Shown here piece by piece: positions 1 to 9,283 of a stretch of 44,556 nt of DNA (position 1 is the first letter of the stretch; every line of letters begins with the position of its first letter). Below the pieces are notes generated by a model. The model ran no database searches. It was given only the letters and a program-made list of their open reading frames with translations, and had not been told where the DNA came from. Origin of the DNA: an uncultured Bacilli bacterium (GTDB lineage: Bacteria > Bacillota_I > Bacilli_A > RF39 > UBA660); contig CANQLL010000003.1 of assembly GCA_947624705.1 (NCBI GenBank), positions 1 through 44,556 on the forward strand, written 5' to 3'. A program made the translations under genes and the position numbers.

Positions 1-246
1 ATTATTGAACGTTTTAATCGTACTTTAAAGTATTATTATCGTCCTAAAGGTGGTTTTTCTTCTCTTGATAATGCCAATTCTTATATGGTTTTATTTGCTA
101 CTTATAATAACTTCTTAAGACCTAACAAATTTTTAAATTGGAAAACTCCGGTTGAACTTCCTGAACTTAATGGTATTTCCAACATGCCTAACAAATGGAT
201 TGAACTTCTTAACCTTGGTTACAAGTATTCGGATATTTACGCTTAA
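1..246 (+). CDS. DDE-type integrase/transposase, C-terminal fragment (5' end outside window)
   Basis: Frame 1 is open from base 1: IIERFNRTLKYYYRPKGGF...ATYNNFLRPNKFLNWKTP...YA* (TAA 244-246). ERFNRTLK and YN..RP...L..KTP are typical integrase-core motifs. Missing from the ORF track because it has no start codon here. Confidence 0.8.
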   Translation: MIERFNRTLKYYYRPKGGFSSLDNANSYMVLFATYNNFLRPNKFLNWKTPVELPELNGISNMPNKWIELLNLGYKYSDIYA

Positions 247-413
247 GTTAAAAATTGTTTTATTTAACTTCTTTTCATCATGCCTTTTTTTATTAATTAC
301 TATTTTCAAAGAACTATTTTTCTATCTTTTTTGATAGATTTATATTAAAATTTTCATTTTAATATCTTTTTCTTCTAGTATGACTTGTTTTCCATAAAAC
401 TTTTCACACTATC
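1..413 (+). mobile_element. Right end of a putative IS element
   Basis: Transposase fragment followed by an AT-rich tail ending ...TTCCATAAAACTTTTCACACTATC, which resembles an IS terminal repeat. The matching left end is not visible, so the boundary is tentative. Confidence 0.45.
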
Positions 414-432
414 TCGGCTTATTTTCGGTTTA

Positions 433-2544
433 TTACCCTAGATTAATAACTAAAGGAACATTTAAATCTATTTTATCATTAACATTTAAAGATGTAGATA
501 TTACTTTGCCATAGCCATTTATTTGATAATTTAAGCCAATCATTTTACATAAAGTTATAATATCATTGCGGCTCCAACCCGTAACATCAAGCATTGTATA
601 AGTATTTTCATTAGTTAAAATAAAGACTTTACTACCCGAAACTACGACCGTATTTTTTAAAGGATATTGATTTACGACCCGATCACCATTTCCTAAAATT
701 ATTGGCGTTAAGCCTAAAGAAGTTAAATTATCTTTAGTTTCCGTCACATTTTTACTAATATAATTATTTAAAGTAATAATTTTACTACTATCTAAAGCAC
801 TTTCTGTTTCGGTAATATTTTTATACTTAGCTACTTCTTCAACTGTTGTTTTAACTAAATTAGCGACTTCACTAATTGGTCCGACAAATTTTTTCGTCGC
901 TATATACAAAATATATTGGGGATCATCTTTAGGAAAAATTCCTGAAAAAGATCGAATATAATCATATTCTCCTGTTTCATAGCCGCCACTTGGTGAAGCT
1001 ATCTGGGCTGTTCCTGTTTTTCCAATTAAAGTAATATTATCAGCTTTATAATATTTAGCATCAGTAAGTCCACTATAAACGACATCATACATTAAATCTT
1101 TTAATTTATTAGTTGTTTCAATACTCGCAATTGTGGCAACTTCCTCTTTTTTGCCACTTTCAATTACTTTTCCCGTTTGCGAATCTACAATTTTATCAAC
1201 AATATAAGGTTTTAACATTACCCCATTATTAGCTACTGTTGTTAAACCTTGAATCATTTGAATCGGGGTTACTAAAATACCTTGACCAAAAGCCGCATTA
1301 GCTAGTTCAATATCATATTTAAAATTAATTTTACCCGTAGCTTCTTTAGGTAAAGCAATACCCGTTTGTTGACCAAAACCTAATCTAGTATAAAATTCTT
1401 TTAATTTGTCACGTCCTAATTTAAAAGCTAAATTAGTAGCAGCCGTATTAGAAGAATAAGCAAAACCTAAATCAAAAGAAATTCGCCCCCAACCGACTCC
1501 TTTATTAAAGTCTACAACTTTATCATCACCAACATTAATAGTTCCGGACATATAGGTATCACTACCATTATAAACACCATTTTCCATCGCAGCCATAAAC
1601 GAAAAGACTTTCATCGTACTTCCGGGTTCATAGGTATAAGATACTAATGGATTAATATAACTTTCAATCCCCTCTAAGGTATTTAAATTAAAAGTTGGTT
1701 TTGAGGCAGAGGCCACAATAGCTCCCGTTTTGGCATCAGCTATTGTCATCGTTAACCATTCAGCACTATAATTTTTTAAAAGTTCCGTAATAGAGTTTTC
1801 TAATAAAATTTGAATATTATTATCAATCGTTAAATAAATATCTTTTCCCGTTACTGGTTCTTCCGTTAAAGACGGAGTATTGGGCATTTGATAACCATTA
1901 ATATCTTTTTGATATTCCGTATAACCATCTTTTCCTTTTAAAATATCATTATAATATTCTTCAATGCCCATTTCGCCTTTTATTTCTCCCTCATCATCGG
2001 CTTTAGCATAGCCGATGATGTAAGGCGCAAAAGCTCCCATTTTATAATATCTTTTGGTAGAAGAAATAAAATCTATTCCCGGTAAATTTAATTCTTCAAT
2101 TTGACTTTTTAAAAGTTCGGTAATTCCTCGGCCTCCTGGACCTAATTCCACTTGATAAACATCTTTATTTAAAAGTTCTAAGATTTGTTCTTCACTCATG
2201 TTTAAAAGTGGCGCCAAAGCGGCGGCGGTGGCTTGTTTATCAACAACATGTTGGGGATTATTTTCATCCGTTGTTCTTTTTGGAGAAAGATAAGCAATAA
2301 CTGTATAAGAATTAACACTCTGGGCTAAAATTTCCCCATTTACATCATAAATCGTTCCGCGTGATGCAAATAAAGTTTCTTTCGCCGTATTACGATTATT
2401 GGCAAAAGCCGTTAAATTAATTCCATCCACTTTTTTACTTGTTGCCACATACACAGCTCGATAACAAGTAAAAATAAATAAAAGAACAATACAAAGAATA
2501 AAATATTTATTTATTTTAATTGTATTGTTCTTTTTTCTTTTCAT
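433..2544 (-). CDS. Class B penicillin-binding protein (FtsI/PBP2B/PBP2X family) with C-terminal PASTA domains
   Basis: N-terminal TM, RGTIYD dimerisation motif, SxxK (GSTMK), SxN (YSSN), KTG (GKTGTAQ); lies after mraZ-rsmH-ftsL. Confidence 0.93.
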   Translation of the reverse strand: MKRKKNNTIKINKYFILCIVLLFIFTCYRAVYVATSKKVDGINLTAFANNRNTAKETLFASRGTIYDVNGEILAQSVNSYTVIAYLSPKRTTDENNPQHVVDKQATAAALAPLLNMSEEQILELLNKDVYQVELGPGGRGITELLKSQIEELNLPGIDFISSTKRYYKMGAFAPYIIGYAKADDEGEIKGEMGIEEYYNDILKGKDGYTEYQKDINGYQMPNTPSLTEEPVTGKDIYLTIDNNIQILLENSITELLKNYSAEWLTMTIADAKTGAIVASASKPTFNLNTLEGIESYINPLVSYTYEPGSTMKVFSFMAAMENGVYNGSDTYMSGTINVGDDKVVDFNKGVGWGRISFDLGFAYSSNTAATNLAFKLGRDKLKEFYTRLGFGQQTGIALPKEATGKINFKYDIELANAAFGQGILVTPIQMIQGLTTVANNGVMLKPYIVDKIVDSQTGKVIESGKKEEVATIASIETTNKLKDLMYDVVYSGLTDAKYYKADNITLIGKTGTAQIASPSGGYETGEYDYIRSFSGIFPKDDPQYILYIATKKFVGPISEVANLVKTTVEEVAKYKNITETESALDSSKIITLNNYISKNVTETKDNLTSLGLTPIILGNGDRVVNQYPLKNTVVVSGSKVFILTNENTYTMLDVTGWSRNDIITLCKMIGLNYQINGYGKVISTSLNVNDKIDLNVPLVINLG

Positions 2545-2554
2545 AATGTTCTCC

Positions 2555-2857
2555 TTAATTACTATCTGTTATCACTTTGATATTGTCATTATTATAAGAT
2601 AATCCTTGTTCATTTGCAACTTCTTGTAATTTATCTAAAGAAGCTAATTCATTTATTTTCATATTTAAACTTTCATTTATACCACTTTGCGTATTAATTT
2701 TTTCTTTCATTTGTTCTAATTCAATACTAGTTTCAGAAAGTAAAGATTTCGTAAAAACGCTAATTAAAGGAGTAGCTACTAATAATATGGCAAACAGAAA
2801 ATAAATTATCTTTTCGCCTCTTAATAATTTTAATTTTTTTCCTTTTTGTTTACTCAT
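2555..2857 (-). CDS. ftsL: Cell division protein FtsL
   Basis: 100 aa, one TM plus leucine-zipper coiled coil; canonical position between rsmH and the PBP. Confidence 0.8.
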   Translation of the reverse strand: MSKQKGKKLKLLRGEKIIYFLFAILLVATPLISVFTKSLLSETSIELEQMKEKINTQSGINESLNMKINELASLDKLQEVANEQGLSYNNDNIKVITDSN

Positions 2858-2861
2858 ATTC

Positions 2862-3782
2862 TTAAATCCTTTCTATAACTCTTAATTTAGCACTTTTACT
2901 CCGAGAATTTTCTTGCAATTCTTCCAAACTTGGAAGAATTGGCTTTTTATTGATAATTTTGATTAAAGGTTGATATTCTTCGGGAATACTCGGAAGACCT
3001 TTAACCATTTCATTAACTTCACTATATTTTTTAAAAATCTTTTTGACAATTCGATCTTCTAAAGAATGAAAAGTTATAACACATATTCTTCCCTTTTTTT
3101 TAAGAAGAGATATTGCTTGTGGTAATACTTCTTCTAACACTTTTAATTCTTGATTAACTTCAATTCGAATTGCTTGAAATATTTTTCTTTCGGGGTGATT
3201 TTTAAAAAAGTAATTAGCACCAACTGCTTCTTTAATGATATCAACTAATTCTAAAGTAGTTTTAATATTAATTTGTTTTCTTTTTTTAACAATTAAATTA
3301 ACAATTACTTTAGAAAGTTTTTCTTCCCCATAAGTATAAAATATTTTTAGAAGTTCTTCTTCTGAGTAAGTATTTACAACTTCATAAGCTGTAAGAGCTG
3401 CTTCTTGATCCATGCGCATGTCTAAAGGCGCATCTTGCATAAAGCTAAAACCTCTTTCTTTATTATCTACTTGCGGTGAGGAAAAACCTAAATCAAATAA
3501 AATACCATCAACTTGAAAAACATTTTCTTGCGCTAATAATTTTTTCATGTCTTTAAAATTAGCGTGAAATATTTTGTAATTGTCCCCTATTTCTGATAAA
3601 ACCTTATCAGAATAATTAATTGCTTCTTGATCAGCATCAAAGGCGAATAAGAAGCCCCTTTTTAATTCTTTTAATATCTTTTTACTATGACCAGCATATC
3701 CCATTGTGGCATCGATATACACGCCATCTTCTTTGATATTTAAATTAGCTAAACTTTCTTTAAGTAAAACACTATAATGCAT
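2862..3782 (-). CDS. rsmH: 16S rRNA m4C1402 methyltransferase RsmH (MraW)
   Basis: HYSVLL, DATMGYAGHS, DLGFSSPQ, PLDMRMD, FQAIRIEVN, FHSLEDRIVK, SRSKSAKLR motifs. Confidence 0.97.
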   Translation of the reverse strand: MHYSVLLKESLANLNIKEDGVYIDATMGYAGHSKKILKELKRGFLFAFDADQEAINYSDKVLSEIGDNYKIFHANFKDMKKLLAQENVFQVDGILFDLGFSSPQVDNKERGFSFMQDAPLDMRMDQEAALTAYEVVNTYSEEELLKIFYTYGEEKLSKVIVNLIVKKRKQINIKTTLELVDIIKEAVGANYFFKNHPERKIFQAIRIEVNQELKVLEEVLPQAISLLKKKGRICVITFHSLEDRIVKKIFKKYSEVNEMVKGLPSIPEEYQPLIKIINKKPILPSLEELQENSRSKSAKLRVIERI

Positions 3783-3784
3783 GA

Positions 3785-4216
3785 TTAACCCACTTCCGCA
3801 AAAAGATTCTCCGCTATTTCATCAAGTTGTTCAGAGTTTTCCTTTAAGAAATTAGTCCAAGCTTCTTGATCCCATACTTCAATTCTGTCATTGGCGCCGA
3901 TTATAACACATTCTTTAGTTAAATCGGCATGACCAATGAGCGGGGAGGTTATATTAATGCGACCTTGACGATCAACTTCGCATTGCGTGGCACCAGAAAA
4001 GAAGGATCTAATGAAAGTACGAGCATCCTTTTTAGTAAAAGGCAAAGTGTTTAATTTATCAACTATTTTTTGCCAAGCTTCATTTGGATAAATGTATAAA
4101 CATTTTTCAATTCCGCGGGTGATAATAAAATTATCACCAAGCATTTCGCGAAACTTAGCAGGAATAATTAAACGTCCCTTATCATCAATGGAATGATGAT
4201 ACTCACCCATAAACAT
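3785..4216 (-). CDS. mraZ: Division/cell wall cluster repressor MraZ
   Basis: [23 protein letters not shown] and a second DRQGRI repeat; start moved to the ATG at 4216 after GGGGG. Confidence 0.96.
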   Translation of the reverse strand: MFMGEYHHSIDDKGRLIIPAKFREMLGDNFIITRGIEKCLYIYPNEAWQKIVDKLNTLPFTKKDARTFIRSFFSGATQCEVDRQGRINITSPLIGHADLTKECVIIGANDRIEVWDQEAWTNFLKENSEQLDEIAENLFAEVG

Positions 4217-4224
4217 AAAATCCC

Positions 4225-4248
4225 CCACTTTCTTCCACAATGTACCAC
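4225..4248 (-). promoter_or_regulatory. MraZ-binding boxes (3 x GTGG at 10-bp period)
   Basis: Minus strand GTGGtacattGTGGaagaaaGTGG directly upstream of mraZ, matching the established MraZ autoregulatory direct repeats. Confidence 0.85.
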
Positions 4249-4358
4249 TGCTTAACTAAATAATACCCTAATTACCCATTTTTGTAAATATCAATTTTAG
4301 ATATTTGCTCATTTAGACAAAACTTTACAAAAAATTGACAAAAGAAAAAACTTACCAT

Positions 4359-5387
4359 TTAGCAAGTTTTTTGTCTAACATATTTTAATTCATGATCTAA
4401 ACTTTCTTTGGAAAGCTTTGTTTTATCTAAAGTTTCTTGATATATATTATTAGCTTGTTCTTCTATTTTAAATATTGCTATATCTGCTAACATATATGTT
4501 TCTTGTTCACTACTTGTTAAATCATCTTTTAATCGTTCTTTCATCTCTTGAAATTGGGCTTTATCTTGTTCTAAAGCCGTTAATTGTTTATTACATTTTT
4601 CAATTTGCTTTTTAGTTGTCTCATAAAAATCATATGGTATTTTAAATTGAGCTATTTTTTCTTTTAATTCTTTTTCATCTTTAGGAAAAGTCTTTGAATC
4701 AAAAGTTAAATCACTTATATAAAGTAAATTTCTGTTCGAATTTTTATTACTACAATAGTGAAGAAGATAATTGGCATTTTGGAAAGAACAATTATATTGT
4801 CCTTCTTCTATTTCATCAAAATCATTATTATAAATAAATTTAATTTGGCCATCACTTAAAATTATATTTTGAGAATTTACAGTGCATGGTTGACTTAAAG
4901 CTTTTTTGAACATAACAATATATATCCATTCTAAATCTAAAACCTTATCTATATTTTTAATTTTAAGTAAATTGTTATAAATTAAATCTATACTAGCATA
5001 ATTTAATTTTAAATACTCAGCAAATGCTATATAATTTTGTAAAATTGTAATTGGTTCGACAACAAATTCTTTTAAAACATCTTGATAACTTAATTCTCTT
5101 AATATTTCTTTTTCAGTTAAAGCTATTTCTAAAGATATTGAATTTTTAATATTCTTAAATTTGTTCTTATTTATTAATTGTAAGATTGGGGTATTAATAT
5201 CATAAGCAGATTTTTCTAAATAATCTAATAAATATTTTAAATCTCTATCTTTTTTAGAAAAGTTTTTTCTTAAATATTTAATACTTTTAAAAAAATTCCC
5301 TAATTCAATTGTTTCAATTTCTCTATCTTTACTATCTTTTATTATTTTTGTTAAGGTTAAAGCTGTATTTATTCTGACTTCTATCAT
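4359..5387 (-). CDS. Hypothetical protein with C-terminal coiled coil
   Basis: 342-aa ORF with AGGAAG RBS; no family recognised. Confidence 0.75.
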   Translation of the reverse strand: MIEVRINTALTLTKIIKDSKDREIETIELGNFFKSIKYLRKNFSKKDRDLKYLLDYLEKSAYDINTPILQLINKNKFKNIKNSISLEIALTEKEILRELSYQDVLKEFVVEPITILQNYIAFAEYLKLNYASIDLIYNNLLKIKNIDKVLDLEWIYIVMFKKALSQPCTVNSQNIILSDGQIKFIYNNDFDEIEEGQYNCSFQNANYLLHYCSNKNSNRNLLYISDLTFDSKTFPKDEKELKEKIAQFKIPYDFYETTKKQIEKCNKQLTALEQDKAQFQEMKERLKDDLTSSEQETYMLADIAIFKIEEQANNIYQETLDKTKLSKESLDHELKYVRQKTC

Positions 5388-5399
5388 ATTAATTACTTC

Positions 5400-5570
5400 C
5401 TATCTTTTTAAAGTTAAACTTTTACTATAATCATTTATTAATTCTAAAGCATAACTTTCTTGCTTATAGAAAATAGCATAAGAATTATAAACTTTTTTAA
5501 TATCTATTCCTAAATTAAGTAAATAATTAACACAATTTTCATCAATTGTTTTATTTAATAAAATATACAT
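5400..5570 (-). CDS. Small hypothetical protein (56 aa), not in the ORF track
   Basis: MYILLNKTIDENCVNYLLNLGIDIKKVYNSYAIFYKQESYALELINDYSKSLTLKR*; GAAAGGGA RBS; upstream TTGCAA-N17-TAAGAT promoter (5623-5595). Confidence 0.65.
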   Translation of the reverse strand: MYILLNKTIDENCVNYLLNLGIDIKKVYNSYAIFYKQESYALELINDYSKSLTLKR

Positions 5571-5639
5571 ATATATTTCCCTTTCATAGATTGTATCTTA
5601 ACATTAGTTGTATTAAATTGCAAGAAAAAACAATAAGGA

Positions 5640-6638
5640 CTATTGCTTATTATTTAATTGCTCTAATATAAAATAATTAATATTTGATTCAATGGCAATT
5701 TCACAAGATATTTTAATTATTTTTTCTATTCTTTTTTTATTTTCTTTTAATATTTGATTTTTACATACAAAATGTTGAAGAAAAGTTTTTTTAATTAATC
5801 TTTTTTCTAAAGATTGATAAGTTTTTAAGTAAATTTTATTATTAGTTAAATTGATTATATAACCGATAATTCCTCCAGCCAAGCCAGGAATTATAAAAAG
5901 TAAAGGTTGAAAACTAGAACTTATTACTAAATTTAATGGTAAACTAAACAATAAAATGGCAAAACTTAAACCTATTAATATAGATAATAAATAATTTAAT
6001 ATCTTTAATTTTCTATTTTTAAATTTTTTAAAAATATTAAATAAAGATGATTTATTATTGATAATATCTATTTCATCTTGATAATTATGAATTTTATTTC
6101 TTATGTTTTGAATATTTTCTTCTAGCATTTGTTTAGATTTTTTACTTTTTAAAGGGATATCATAATTTTTTAAGATATATTCTAAATAAGGATTATCATG
6201 TTTAGAATAATTTAAACTTTTTTCTAGCATTATAACTTGACTATCTAATCTTTTTATTTCCAAAAGGCAATTAATTTCTTCTTCTAATATTTCTTTTTGA
6301 TTTTGAGGATTACAAAATCCTAGCATCTTTAATTTATAATTTTTACATCGATAAAAAATAATGGTACTAATAATTCCTATAACAAATGTTAAAACTAACC
6401 AGATAAGAAGTTCTAAAAAAGATAAATGAATTCCTTTTATATATAAAATAAATAAAGCTAACATAATAATAAACCAAGAAATTAACCAAAAAATAAGTAA
6501 TGTATAAATTTTTTTAGAAAACTTATTTCTGTTAAGAATTTGCATTTCATTTTTTAACTTTTTAATTTTATTTTGATGTTCATTTAAATTATGTTTTAAA
6601 ACTTTAAAAATTTCATCCATCATTAATCCAAAATTCAT
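5640..6638 (-). CDS. Hypothetical membrane protein (two TM hairpins plus coiled coils), paralog of 6810..7940
   Basis: AGGAG RBS; aligns along its length with the neighbour (e.g. LEIKRLDSQVIMLEKSL..NPYLE vs LEIAKLKSQTKMLEKCL..NPYLE). Confidence 0.8.
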   Translation of the reverse strand: MNFGLMMDEIFKVLKHNLNEHQNKIKKLKNEMQILNRNKFSKKIYTLLIFWLISWFIIMLALFILYIKGIHLSFLELLIWLVLTFVIGIISTIIFYRCKNYKLKMLGFCNPQNQKEILEEEINCLLEIKRLDSQVIMLEKSLNYSKHDNPYLEYILKNYDIPLKSKKSKQMLEENIQNIRNKIHNYQDEIDIINNKSSLFNIFKKFKNRKLKILNYLLSILIGLSFAILLFSLPLNLVISSSFQPLLFIIPGLAGGIIGYIINLTNNKIYLKTYQSLEKRLIKKTFLQHFVCKNQILKENKKRIEKIIKISCEIAIESNINYFILEQLNNKQ

Positions 6639-6809
6639 ATTTACTACTCCTATTATTTAGATAATAGTAACATAAATATATATTTAAACAAAAAATTTGT
6701 CTTAAAATAACAAAATTTGTTTTTTTAAATAAATTATTATTATTTTATTTATTTAAATTTAATTTTAAACATATTTTAGCTAATTTAAGACAAATTAAAA
6801 TAATAAACA

Positions 6810-7940
6810 TTAATGCTTATTATTTTTGGTTCTAGTTAATTTAGGCCCATCTATTTCTAACCTAGAACTATATTCATTTTCCTTAATTATTGTTTTATTA
6901 ATTTCTTTAATTTCATCATTATTATTTTTTTCTTTTTCTTGATTTTCCATTTCTTCTAAAACACAATAATTAATATCAGCTTTTATTCCTAATTCACTTG
7001 ATTTAGTTATTAAATTGTTAACTTCTGAATTATAATTGGAAAGAGTTTTGTCATTTCCTAAATCATTAAAATCAGGTAAACTTTCTTTGTTTAAATCTTT
7101 AACAATATCTTCATATGCTTCAAGATAAATTTTATTCTGCCATTTTTTTATTCCATAACCTACTGTTCCCCCAATAATACCCGGAGCTGCAATCATAGTT
7201 ATGGCTAAAGGGAAAGCCATTTGATAATTAGATGATAAGCAAACTAATGCTAATGGCAAAACTTCAATTAGCAATCCGGCTGTTAGTCCTCCGCCAATAG
7301 CTTGAAAAAAATTAAATCTTTTCCAACTTTTATTTTTAACATCACAAAAATTAGTTAATAAAATGCTTTTATTATTTATATTATCTATTTCTGCTTGAAT
7401 ATGATTTATTTCTTGTCTTATTTTTTCTATTTCCAATTGTATTTCTTCTTTAGACCTAGAATCTTTAATAGCTAAATTATAACTTTTAAATAAATTTTCT
7501 AAATAAGGATTTTGTTCATTAGAAAAGTCTAGACATTTTTCTAACATTTTAGTTTGACTTTTTAATTTGGCAATTTCTAAATCATATTTTACATCTTCTA
7601 TTAAAAGTTCTTTTTGGGTTTGGGCTTTAGAAAATTCTTTTAATTTATTTTTATAATCATATTTTTTATAAAGATAATTAGTACCAAGAGCACCAACTCC
7701 TAAGGAAATTGCTGTATTTACTAACAGATATAAAGGTGATGCTTTTAATAAAGCAATAACAATAACACTAATCGCCCAAATTAACGCACTTATAATAGCC
7801 ATTGTAGTCAATTCATCTGTCCACTTATTTCTTTCAATAATTTTTTGCTTATATTTTAACTGGGCTATTTTTTCTTGATTTTTAGCTAAATTTCCCGATA
7901 ATTTTTCTTTTATTTTATTCATCATTTCACTATATTGCAT
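6810..7940 (-). CDS. Hypothetical membrane protein (two TM hairpins plus coiled coils)
   Basis: GGGAGTGG RBS, 376 aa, four hydrophobic segments. Confidence 0.8.
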   Translation of the reverse strand: MQYSEMMNKIKEKLSGNLAKNQEKIAQLKYKQKIIERNKWTDELTTMAIISALIWAISVIVIALLKASPLYLLVNTAISLGVGALGTNYLYKKYDYKNKLKEFSKAQTQKELLIEDVKYDLEIAKLKSQTKMLEKCLDFSNEQNPYLENLFKSYNLAIKDSRSKEEIQLEIEKIRQEINHIQAEIDNINNKSILLTNFCDVKNKSWKRFNFFQAIGGGLTAGLLIEVLPLALVCLSSNYQMAFPLAITMIAAPGIIGGTVGYGIKKWQNKIYLEAYEDIVKDLNKESLPDFNDLGNDKTLSNYNSEVNNLITKSSELGIKADINYCVLEEMENQEKEKNNNDEIKEINKTIIKENEYSSRLEIDGPKLTRTKNNKH

Positions 7941-7997
7941 TTAAAACCACTCCCGACAAGTAAATAATAACATAAAACTTACTTTAACTTCAATAAA

Positions 7998-9116
7998 TTA
8001 TTTCATAATTAAATTATATATATCATCAATTGCTTTTTTCTTATTTTCATCTTTCATATTATTACTCATTCTTTTTAAAATTTCCGGATTAGTTTCAATT
8101 GTTTCTAAAAATTTTACAATTTGTTTCGGATGTTCAGCTTTTAAAGCATATTTTTTATTAACTAAATATTTATAATTACCTTTTTCTTGTCCCGCACTTT
8201 TATTAATTAAAATCATTGGTTTTTGTAAAAATAAACATTCCGTTACTGTTAGTCCACCCGGTTTAGTAACAACTACATCACTGGCCGCCATAAAGTCGAT
8301 AACATTATCAACAAAACCATATACTTTAACATTTTTAGCTTTGGTCTTAGTCACTATTTTTTGCACTTTTTTCTTTAATTCATTATTTTTACCAGCAATA
8401 AAAATAAGATTAAAATTAGCGTAATTTACAATAGCTTTAAAGAAAGGCAAAGAAACATTAGAGTTATTACCGCCCCCAAAAAATAAAATCGTTATTTTAT
8501 TATCTAATTTTAATTTTTCTTTAGCTAACTGCGGATTATTTTGAACACTAAATTCATCTGAAATAGGAATTCCAAATACTTTTATTTTATTTTTATCTAT
8601 TCCTTTTTTAATTAATTCTTTTTTCATTTCTTTATTACCAACAATTAAAGCTTCTTCTACTTTATTAGCTTTAAGCCAAGCTTCATGTAAATCATAATCG
8701 GTAATAATAGTATATAATTTAGAATTAATTAAATTATGTCTTTTATAACGAGATGCCAGCATACTAGCAAAAAAATGGGTTGAAATAATAACATCTGGAT
8801 TAAATTCTTGGATTTTTTGTCTTAATTTTTCTTTATCAAATATATGATAACATAAACTTTTCATTCCTAAAGAACGCCATTTATGATTATAAAAACGATA
8901 GATAAAATCCCAAATAATTGGATTTTTAGCAAACATGGTTTTTTCAAAAATTCCTTTACTAACTTTACGCATAAAAGGAGTGGCATAATCTAAGATATCT
9001 AAAGTTTCCACAATTAAATCAGGATTTTTCTTTTTAAAGTTTTTTTCTAAATACATTGCCACCATTTTATGACCATTACCATATGTAGCATAAGGAATTA
9101 AAATTTTTTTAACCAT
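7998..9116 (-). CDS. MGDG-synthase/UgtP family diacylglycerol glycosyltransferase (GT28)
   Basis: YGNGH, PDVIISTHF, TIITDY..H..W, FGIPI, TKPGGLTVTE, GQE..N motifs. Confidence 0.88.
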   Translation of the reverse strand: MVKKILIPYATYGNGHKMVAMYLEKNFKKKNPDLIVETLDILDYATPFMRKVSKGIFEKTMFAKNPIIWDFIYRFYNHKWRSLGMKSLCYHIFDKEKLRQKIQEFNPDVIISTHFFASMLASRYKRHNLINSKLYTIITDYDLHEAWLKANKVEEALIVGNKEMKKELIKKGIDKNKIKVFGIPISDEFSVQNNPQLAKEKLKLDNKITILFFGGGNNSNVSLPFFKAIVNYANFNLIFIAGKNNELKKKVQKIVTKTKAKNVKVYGFVDNVIDFMAASDVVVTKPGGLTVTECLFLQKPMILINKSAGQEKGNYKYLVNKKYALKAEHPKQIVKFLETIETNPEILKRMSNNMKDENKKKAIDDIYNLIMK

Positions 9117-9283
9117 TGTTGCCTCACTCCTATTTCTATTATATCTTTATTTTATTTTACTTGCCAAGCAGAAAGTTCAGTTATTTTATCAAGAATGAAT
9201 AGATATTGTCAAATAAGAGCAAATTTAGCAACTTTAATTATTTATTTTGAAAATTCATGATATTATTTTTATGGTGATACTAG

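Noticed and set aside
152-334. 60-aa ORF on plus
   Set aside because: Overlaps the transposase frame (1-246) out of frame, has no RBS and is low complexity.
6660-6810. AT-rich imperfect repeats (ACAAAA/TTTGT) in intergenic DNA, similar at 4310-4350
   Set aside because: Not distinguishable by eye from chance in nearly pure A/T sequence.
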